From Auanema rhodensis (lineage: Eukaryota; Animalia; Nematoda), in assembly GCA_964057225.1 (NCBI GenBank), contig OZ059896.1:2046001-2110000 (forward strand): a DNA stretch of 64,000 nt, in the 5' to 3' direction. The notes below the pieces were generated by a model. It was not told the origin of the DNA. It made no database searches and saw only the letters and a program-made list of their open reading frames with translations. Of the stretch, positions 45,601 through 54,571 are shown piece by piece (position 1 is the first letter of the stretch; each line of letters opens with the position of its first letter). Position numbers and translations under genes: made by a program.

Positions 45601-48600
45601 CACCGTGAAGAATTAATTTTTTTGTTGAATAACAATGTCCATCGTCTTTGTCTTGAAAAAAGGAATCTAAAAACATCTACTTTTTGTGAAATTATTTCGA
45701 AATTTTTCGGGAAAATTTTTGTCAAAATGTTTTTGGAAGCATTGTTGAGTGTACATGGAAACTCAACATACACTAATGCATCATTTTTCAAACGATCATA
45801 ACTAATTTTTGTATTGAGTGTTTCCCAATGTAGTATAGTGCATTCGATGTGGATTTTTAAGCTGCGTCGATCTGTGTTATCAGATTTGCGCTAGCTTAAA
45901 AATGCACCGAGATATCAACTGATATAAGTTCACACTTATATCCTCGATTTTCACCCTGAAGAATTAATTTTTTTGTTGAATAACAATGTCCATCGTCTTT
46001 GTCTTGAAAAAAGGAATCTAAAAACATCTACTTTTTGTGAAATTATTTTGAAATTTTTCGGGAAAATTTTTGTCAAAATGTTTTTGGAAGCAATGTTGAG
46101 TGTACATGGAAACTCAACATACACTAATGCATCATTTTTCAAACGATCATAACTAATTTTTGTATTGAGCGTTTCTCCATGTAGTATAGTGCATTCGATG
46201 CGGATTTTTAAGCTGCGTCGATCTGTGTTATCAGATTTGCGCTAGCTTGAAAATGCACCGAGATATCAACTGATATAGGTTCACACTTATATCCTCGATT
46301 TTCACCGTGAAGAATTAATTTTTTCGTTGAATAACAATGTCCATCGTCTTTGTCTTGAAAAAAGGAATCTAAAAACATCTACTTTTTGTAAATTTATTCT
46401 GAAATTTTTCGGGAAAATGTTTGTCAAAATGTTTTTGGAAGCAATGTTGAGTGTACATGGAAACTCAACATACACTAATGCATCATTTTTCAAACAATCA
46501 TAACTAATTTTTGTATTGAGCGTTTCTCCATGTAGTATAGTGCATTCGATGCGGATTTTTAAGCTGCGTCGATCTGTGTTATCAGATTTGCGCTAGCTTG
46601 AAAATGCACCGAGATATCAACTGATATAGGTTCACACTTATATCCTCGATTTTCACCGTGAAGAATTAATTTTTTCGTTGAATAACAATGTCCATCGTCT
46701 TTGTCTTGAAAAAAGGAATCTAAAAACATCTACTTTTTGTAAATTTATTCTGAAATTTTTCGGGAAAATGTTTGTCAAAATGTTTTTGGAAGCAATGTTG
46801 AGTGTACATGGAAACTCAACATACACTAATGCATCATTTTTCAAACAATCATAACTAATTTTTGTATTGAGCGTTTCTTAATGTAGTATAGTACATTCGA
46901 TGCGGATTTTTAAGCTGCGTCGATCTGTGTTATCAGATTTGCGCTAGCTTAAAAATGAACCGAGATATCAACTGATATAGGTTCACACTTATATCCTCGA
47001 TTTTCACCGTGAAGAATTAATTTTTTTGTTGAATGACAATGTCCATCGTCTTTGTCTTGAAAAAAGGAATCTAAAAACATCTACTTTTTGTAAATTTATT
47101 CTGAAATTTTTCGGGAAAATGTTTGTCAAAATGTTTTTGGAAGCAATGTTGAGTGTACATGGAAACTCAACATACACTAATGCATCATTTTTCAAACGAT
47201 CATAACTAATTTTTGTATTGAGCGTTTCTCCATGTAGTATAGTGCATTCGATGCGGATTTTTAAGCTGCGTCGATCTGTGTTATCAGATTTGTGCTAGCT
47301 TGAAAATGAACCGAGATATCAACTGATATAGGTTCACACTTATATCCTCGATTTTCACCGTGAAGAATTAATTTTTTTGTTGAATAACAATGTCCATCGT
47401 CTTTGTCTTGAAAAAAGGAATCTAAAAACATCTACTTTTTGTGAAATTATTTTGAAATTTTTCGTGAAAATTTTTGTCAAAATGTTTTTGGAAGCATTGT
47501 TGAGTGTACATGGAAACTCAACATACACTAATGCATCATTTTTCAAACGATCATAACTAATTTTTGTATTGAGCGTTTCTCCATGTAGTATAGTGCATTC
47601 GATGCGGATTTTTAAGCTGCGTCGATCTGTGTTATCAGATTTGCGCTAGCTTGAAAATGCACCGAGATATCAACTGATATAGGTTCACACTTATATCCTC
47701 GATTTTCACCGTGAAGAATTAATTTTTTTGTTGAATAACAATGTCCATCGTCTTTGTCTTGAAAAAAGGAATCTAAAAACATCTACTCTTTGTGAAATTA
47801 TTTTGAAATTTTTCGTGAAAATTTTTGTCAAAATGTTTTTGGAAGCATTGTTGAGTGTACATGGAAACTCAACATACACTAATGCATCATTTTTCAAACG
47901 ATCATAACTTATTTTTGTATTGAGTGTTTCCCAATGTAGTATAGTGCATTCGATGCGGATTTTTAAGCTGCGTCGATCTGTGTTATCAGATTTGCGCTAG
48001 CTTGAAAATGCACCGAGATATCAACTGATATAGGTTCACACTTATATCCTCGATTTTCACCGTGAAGAATTAATTTTTTCGTTGAATAACAATGTCCATC
48101 GTCTTTGTCTTGAAAAAAGGAATCTAAAAACATCTACTTTTTGTAAATTTATTCTGAAATTTTTCGGGAAAATGTTTGTCAAAATGTTTTTGGAAGCAAT
48201 GTTGAGTGTACATGGAAACTCAACATACACTAATGCATCATTTTTCAAACAATCATAACTAATTTTTGTATTGAGCGTTTCTTAATGTAGTATAGTACAT
48301 TCGATGCGGATTTTTAAGCTGCGTCGATCTGTGTTATCAGATTTGCGCTAGCTTAAAAATGAACCGAGATATCAACTGATATAGGTTCACACTTATATCC
48401 TCGATTTTCACCCTGAAGATTTAATTTTTTCGTTGAATAACATTGTCCATCGTCTTTGTCTTGAAAAAAGGAATCTAAAAACATCTACTTTTTGTGAAAT
48501 TATTTTGAAATTTTTCGGGAAAATTTTTGTCAAAATGTTTTTGGAAGCATTGTTGAGTGTACATGGAAACTCAACATACACTAATGCATCATTTTTCAAA

Positions 48601-51600
48601 CGATCATAACTAATTTTTGTATTGAGCGTTTCTCCATGTAGTATAGTGCATTCGATGCGGATTTTTAAGCTGCGTCGATCTGTGTTATCAGATTTGCGCT
48701 AGCTTGAAAATGCACCGAGATATCAACTGATATAAGTTCACACTTATATCCTCGATTTTCACCGTGAAGAATTAATTTTTTTGTTGAATAACAATGTCCA
48801 TCGTCTTTGTCTTGAAAAAAGGAATCTAAAAACATCTACTTTTTGTGAAATTATTTTGAAATTTTTCGGGAAAATTTTTGTCAAAATGTTTTTGGAAGCA
48901 TTGTTGAGTGTACATGGAAACTCAACATACACTAATGCATCATTTTTCAAACGATCATAACTAATTTTTGTATTGAGTGTTTCCCAATGTAGTATAGTGC
49001 ATTCGATGTGGATTTTTAAGCTGCGTCGATCTGTGTTATCAGATTTGCGCTAGCTTAAAAATGCACCGAGATATCAACTGATATAAGTTCACACTTATAT
49101 CCTCGATTTTCACCCTGAAGAATTAATTTTTTTGTTGAATAACAATGTCCATCGTCTTTGTCTTGAAAAAAGGAATCTAAAAACATCTACTTTTTGTGAA
49201 ATTATTTTGAAATTTTTCGGGAAAATTTTTGTCAAAATGTTTTTGGAAGCAATGTTGAGTGTACATGGAAACTCAACATACACTAATGCATCATTTTTCA
49301 AACGATCATAACTAATTTTTGTATTGAGTGTTTCCCAATGTAGTATAGTGCATTCGATGTGGATTTTTAAGCTGCGTCGATCTGTGTTATCAGATTTGCG
49401 CTAGCTTAAAAATGCACCGAGATATCAACTGATATAAGTTCACACTTATATCCTCGATTTTCACCCTGAAGAATTAATTTTTTTGTTGAATAACAATGTC
49501 CATCGTCTTTGTCTTGAAAAAAGGAATCTAAAAACATCTACTTTTTGTGAAATTATTTTGAAATTTTTCGGGAAAATTTTTGTCAAAATATTTTTGGAAG
49601 CAATGTTGAGTGTACATGGAAACTCAACATACACTAATGCATCATTTTTCAAACGATCATAACTAATTTTTGTATTGAGCGTTTCTCCATGTAGTATAGT
49701 GCATTCGATGCGGATTTTTAAGCTGCGTCGATCTGTGTTATCAGATTTGCGCTAGCTTGAAAATGCACCGAGATATCAACTGATATAGGTTCACACTTAT
49801 ATCCTCGATTTTCACCGTGAAGAATTAATTTTTTCGTTGAATAACAATGTCCATCGTCTTTGTCTTGAAAAAAGGAATCTAAAAACATCTACTTTTTGTA
49901 AATTTATTCTGAAATTTTTCGGGAAAATGTTTGTCAAAATGTTTTTGGAAGCAATGTTGAATGTACATGGAAACTCAACATACACTAATGCATCATTTTT
50001 CAAACAATCATAACTAATTTTTGTATTGAGCGTTTCTTAATGTAATATAGTACATTCGATGCGGATTTTTAAGCTGCGTCGATCTGTGTTATCAGATTTG
50101 CGCTAGCTTAAAAATGAACCGAGATATCAACTGATATAGGTTCACACTTATATCCTCGTTTTTCACCCTGAAGATTTAATTTTTTCGTTGAATAACATTG
50201 TCCATCGTCTTTGTCTTGAAAAAAGGAATCTAAAAACATCTACTTTTTGTGAAATTATTTCGAAATTTTTCGGGAAAATTTTTGTCAAAATGTTTTTGGA
50301 AGCATTGTTGAGTGTACATGGAAACTCAACATACACTAATGCATCATTTTTCAAACGATCATAACTAATTTTTGTATTGAGCGTTTCTCCATGTAGTATA
50401 GTGCATTCGATGCGGATTTTTAAGCTGCGTCGATCTGTGTTATCAGATTTGCGCTAGCTTGAAAATGCACCGAGATATCAACTGATATAGGTTCACACTT
50501 ATATCCTCGATTTTCACCGTGAAGAATTAATTTTTTCGTTGAATAACAATGTCCATCGTCTTTGTCTTGAAAAAAGGAATCTAAAAACATCTACTTTTTG
50601 TAAATTTATTCTGAAATTTTTCGGGAAAATGTTTGTCTAAATGTTTTTGGAAGCAATGTTGAGTGTACATGGAAACTCAACATACACTAATGCATCATTT
50701 TTCAAACAATCATAACTAATTTTTGTATTGAGCGTTTCTTAATGTAGTATAGTACATTCGCTGCGGATTTTTAAGCTGCGTCGATCTGTGTTATCAGATT
50801 TGCGCTAGCTTAAAAATGAACCGAGATATCAACTGATATAGGTTCACACTTATATCCTCGATTTTCACCCTGAAGATTTAATTTTTTCGTTGAATAACAT
50901 TGTCCATCGTCTTTGTCTTGAAAAAAGGAATCTAAAAACATCTACTTTTTGTGAAATTATTTCGAAATTTTTCGGGAAAATTTTTGTCAAAATGTTTTTG
51001 GAAGCATTGTTGAGTGTACATGGAAACTCAACATACACTAATGCATCATTTTTCAAACGATCATAACTAATTTTTGTATTGAGCGTTTTTCCATGTAGTA
51101 TAGTGCATTCGATGCGGATTTTTAAGCTGCGTCGATCTGTGTTATCAGATTTGCGCTAGCTTGAAAATGCACCGAGATATCAACTGATATAGGTTCACAC
51201 TTATATCCTCGATTTTCACCGTGAAGAATTAATTTTTTCGTTGAATAACAATGTCCATCGTCTTTGTCTTGAAAAAAGGAATCTAAAAACATCTACTTTT
51301 TGTAAATTTATTCTGAAATTTTTCGGGAAAATGTTTGTCAAAATGTTTTTGGAAGCAATGTTGAGTGTACATGGAAACTCAACATACGCTAATGCATCAT
51401 TTTTCAAACAATCATAACTAATTTTTGTATTGAGCGTTTCTTAATGTAGTATAGTACATTCGATGCGGATTTTTAAGCTGCGTCGATCTGTGTTATCAGA
51501 TTTGCGCTAGCTTAAAAATGAACCGAGATATCAACTGATATAGGTTCACACTTATATCCTCGATTTTCACCCTGAAGATTTAATTTTTTCGTTGAATAAC

Positions 51601-52472
51601 ATTGTCCATCGTCTTTGTCTTGAAAAAAGGAATCTAAAAACATCTACTTTTTGTGAAATTATTTCGAAATTTTTCGGGAAAATTTTTGTCAAAATGTTTT
51701 TGGAAGCATTGTTGAGTGTACATGGAAACTCAACATACACTAATGCATCATTTTTCAAACGATCATAACTAATTTTTGTATTGAGCGTTTCTCCATGTAG
51801 TATAGTGCATTCGATGCGGATTTTTAAGCTGCGTCGATCTGTGTTATCAGATTTGCGCTAGCTTGAAAATGCACCGAGATATCAACTGATATAGGTTCAC
51901 ACTTATATCCTCGATTTTCACCGTGAAGAATTAATTTTTTCGTTGAATAACAATGTCCATCGTCTTTGTCTTGAAAAAAGGAATCTAAAAACATCTACTT
52001 TTTGTAAATTTATTCTGAAATTTTTCGGGAAAATGTTTGTCAAAATGTTTTTGGAAGCAATGTTGAGTGTACATGGAAACTCAACATACACTAATGCATC
52101 ATTTTTCAAACGATCATAACTAATTTTTGTATTGAGCGTTTCTCCATGTAGTATAGTGCATTCGATGCGGATTTTTAAGCTGCGTCGATCTGTGTTATCA
52201 GATTTGCGCTAGCTTGAAAATGCACCGAGATATCAACTGATATAGGTTCACACTTATATCCTCGATTTTCACCCTGAAGAATTAATTTTTTTGTTGAATA
52301 ACAATGTCCATCGTCTTTGTCTTGAAAAAAGGAATCTAAAAACATCTACTTTTTGTGAAATTATTTTGAAATTTTTCGGGAAAATTTTTGTCAAAATGTT
52401 TTTGGAAGCAATGTTGAGTGTACATGGAAACTCAACATACACTAATGCATCATTTTTCAAACGATCATAACT

Positions 52473-52910
52473 AATTTTTGTATTAAGCTTTTCTTAATGT
52501 AGTATAGTGCATTCGATGCGGATTTTTAAGCTGCGTCGATCTGTGTTATCAGATTTACTTCAACTTCTAATCAACAACCCAACGGCCCTCTTTAGGGCCA
52601 CATTTAAATTTGATGTATTCATAATGATTTATAATATAATACTGTGTCTGTCTTGTCTTTTTTTGCTATGTAATGATAATTGATATGATATGTTTCGCTG
52701 TTATGTAAAGGAGAATCCCTATCTTTGATACTCCATATCCATCTCTATTTTTTTTTATGAATTTCATTAATTATGCTTTCATGTTGATAACAACAACAGT
52801 GATCATATCTAATGCCTCACATGTTTCTATTCCACGTTTGTTCGCAAATAAACAGTTGTTTATGTTATTCTTATCGTTTATATAAAATTTAAATATACAT
52901 TTCTAGAATT
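52473..52910 (+). repeat. 438-bp direct duplication, copy 1 (SatA terminus + histone 3' end + spacer)
   Basis: Matches 53401-53838 at an offset of 928 bp. The only difference I could see is A52557 vs G53485. Confidence 0.95.
52579..52602 (+). terminator. Replication-dependent histone mRNA 3' stem-loop, copy 1 (orphan, no CDS upstream)
   Basis: CCAAC GGCCCT CTTT AGGGCC ACA: 6-bp stem at 52584-52599, 4-nt loop, A/C-rich flanks. Matches the histone 3' stem-loop consensus, with C at loop position 1 as in C. elegans. Confidence 0.93.
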
Positions 52911-53379
52911 TACCATGACTTGTTATAACTTTCTTTCGTATCATGTTCATGGAATAAATAATATTTTACTCTAGTATATTTTGTACATCTCTTGATAATT
53001 TTCTCATTCTTTTTTGTATTTGTTAAAATTTCTTCCTGTTTTCTTACTGAAAATGCTTCTTGATACTTTTTTTTTGTTTTTAATACTTGATTTTATCATG
53101 ACTTGATTTTACTTTTGTTGAAACCTGTTCATATTTTAAATGTTTACTGATACTCTAGTATAATTTGTACATCTTTCGATAATTTTCTCATTCTTCTTTG
53201 TATTTGTTAAAATTTCTTCATGTTTTCTTGCTGAAAATCCTTCTTGATACTTCTTCTTTGCTTTTAAAACTTGATTTTACCATGACTTGTTATAACTTTT
53301 TTTGAAACCTGTTCATATTTAAAATGTTTACTGATACTCTATAGTACGTTATATATCTCTTGATAATTTTCTCATTCTT
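52911..53379 (-). repeat. About 2.5 SatB monomers in inverted orientation
   Basis: The reverse complement reads aagaatgagaaaattatcaagagatatataacgtac...gaaagaaagttataacaagtcatggta. It carries the aaacaGgaag and gagtaaaatattatttattccatgaacatg variants seen at about 56131, 57600 and 58701. Confidence 0.97.
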
Positions 53380-53486
53380 GAGTGTACATGGAAACTCAAC
53401 AATTTTTGTATTAAGCTTTTCTTAATGTAGTATAGTGCATTCGATGCGGATTTTTAAGCTGCGTCGATCTGTGTTATCAGATTTGC
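53378..53486 (+). repeat. Partial SatA monomer with an internal 36-bp deletion
   Basis: ttgagtgtacatggaaactcaaca|atttttgtattaagcttttc...atcagatttgc lacks tacactaatgcatcatttttcaaacgatcataacta. It shares the private tattAagcTttt variant of the terminal monomer at 52481. Confidence 0.95.
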
Positions 53487-53838
53487 TTCAACTTCTAATC
53501 AACAACCCAACGGCCCTCTTTAGGGCCACATTTAAATTTGATGTATTCATAATGATTTATAATATAATACTGTGTCTGTCTTGTCTTTTTTTGCTATGTA
53601 ATGATAATTGATATGATATGTTTCGCTGTTATGTAAAGGAGAATCCCTATCTTTGATACTCCATATCCATCTCTATTTTTTTTTATGAATTTCATTAATT
53701 ATGCTTTCATGTTGATAACAACAACAGTGATCATATCTAATGCCTCACATGTTTCTATTCCACGTTTGTTCGCAAATAAACAGTTGTTTATGTTATTCTT
53801 ATCGTTTATATAAAATTTAAATATACATTTCTAGAATT
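53401..53838 (+). repeat. 438-bp direct duplication, copy 2
   Basis: Matches 52473-52910. This copy continues into the H4 promoter, whereas copy 1 switches to inverted SatB after ctagaatt. Confidence 0.95.
53507..53530 (+). terminator. Histone mRNA 3' stem-loop, copy 2
   Basis: Identical CCAACGGCCCTCTTTAGGGCCACA, with the stem at 53512-53527. Confidence 0.93.
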
Positions 53839-53963
53839 GAGCGGCAAAATTAAGCGCCAATATGCTTGGTGGCGATTACAATGGGTTTTTGCGCGGTGAC
53901 CTCTACAGCACTAGTATATAACGGAGATGCTAGGGTTACTATTCAACACACAGCTTGATCAGC
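53839..53963 (+). promoter_or_regulatory. Putative histone H4 promoter and 5' UTR
   Basis: A locally GC-richer stretch with CCAAT at 53857-53861 and TATATAA at 53915-53921. The TATA box ends 42 nt before the H4-like ATG, a spacing consistent with compact histone promoters. Activity is untested. Confidence 0.7.
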
Positions 53964-54008
53964 ATGTCTGAACGTGGTAAAGGAGGAAAAGGTCTTGAAT
54001 TTATATGA
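53964..54008 (+). pseudogene. H4: Truncated histone H4 5' fragment (MSERGKGGKGLEFI*)
   Basis: ATG TCT GAA CGT GGT AAA GGA GGA AAA GGT CTT G.. matches the H4 N-terminus MSGRGKGGKGLG at 10 of the first 11 codons. GKGL distinguishes H4 from H2A. Similarity ends at about 53997 and TGA follows at 54006-54008. Confidence 0.9.
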
Positions 54009-54051
54009 TTGAATAATAAAATAGTGATTGACTTATCTGTGCTATGTGCTT

Positions 54052-54075
54052 GTTGTTGATTAGAAGTTGAAGTAA
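54052..54075 (-). repeat. 24-bp inverted copy of the histone 3' UTR segment preceding the stem-loop
   Basis: gttgttgattagaagttgaagtaa is the exact reverse complement of ttacttcaacttctaatcaacaac at 52555-52578. Confidence 0.9.
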
Positions 54076-54332
54076 TGATGCTGACTACAACCGCTCTTTC
54101 TTTTTTTTAAAATGATATGATTGTTTAGATTTTCATTGCTTGCTTATGCTATTTTGAAAATTTGAATATTCTTAGTGTTGTATTTTTTTTAATTTTTATT
54201 TTTTCTCTTTTTTTTCATATTTATACTTATATATATAAATATAATGTATATATTGAGAGATTTAGCTAACTAGTTAATATATTAGCATTTGTACAGTTCG
54301 GCTTTCATTGACGTTAGGAATGTGGGCGTGGT

Positions 54333-54569
54333 TTATTTACTCTAGTATACTCTATACATCTCCTGATAATTGTTTGATCTTATTTATATTTGTTGAAAAT
54401 TCTTCACATTTTCTTATTGAAAGTGCTTCTTGATATTTCTTCTTTGCTTTTATTATTTGATTTTACAATGACTTGATATAACTTTCTTTTGTATCCTGTT
54501 CATGGAATGAATAATTATATACTGTAGTATAATTTGTACATCTCTTGATAATTGTTTGTTCTTATTTGT
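54333..54569 (-). repeat. About 1.3 diverged SatB monomers in inverted orientation
   Basis: The reverse complement aligns to SatB (ttccatgaacaggatacaaaagaaagttatatcaagtcattgtaaaatcaaat...) but with many private substitutions. Confidence 0.9.
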
Positions 54570-54571
54570 TA

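Larger units (their letters stand above)
1..52556. repeat. Tandem satellite array SatA, 351-bp monomer, about 150 head-to-tail copies, open at the window's left edge
   Basis: The ORF track recurs every 351 bp (330, 681, 1032 ... 52269) with occasional 350-bp units. Monomers differ at a small set of shared biallelic sites. The array stops abruptly after ...gttatcagattt at 52556. Confidence 0.99.

Noticed and set aside
330-52460. About 135 near-identical 63-aa ORFs (MKNDALVYVEF...) on the minus strand as a tandem gene family
   Set aside because: The start is TTG, not ATG, and I recognise no protein similarity. Common variants are largely non-synonymous. Copies with stops (about 1550, 36875, 37577, 38981, 50638), lost starts (36664, 37366) and frameshifts (7645, 7995, the 350-bp variants) occur, several of them duplicated like intact copies.
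1-52556. 5S rDNA, spliced-leader, tRNA or snRNA tandem gene array
   Set aside because: I could not recognise 5S, SL1 (GGTTTAATTACCCAAGTTTGAG), tRNA or U-snRNA sequence on either strand. An Rfam scan would settle it.
52592-53940. Telomeric repeats (ttaggg in the stem-loops, tagggtta near 53931)
   Set aside because: These are isolated single hexamers, two of them part of the histone stem. There is no TTAGGG or TTAGGC array.
53964-54008. Functional histone H4 or H2A gene
   Set aside because: Only 11 codons match, with G2E and an in-frame stop at codon 15. I found no remaining H4 coding sequence downstream and no splice donor at the break.
54100-54332. AT-rich unique stretch with the palindrome taactagtta, tgacgt and gtgggcgtgg as a regulatory or transposon end
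   Set aside because: The motifs are short and single, with no partner terminus or target-site duplication, so they cannot be distinguished from chance.
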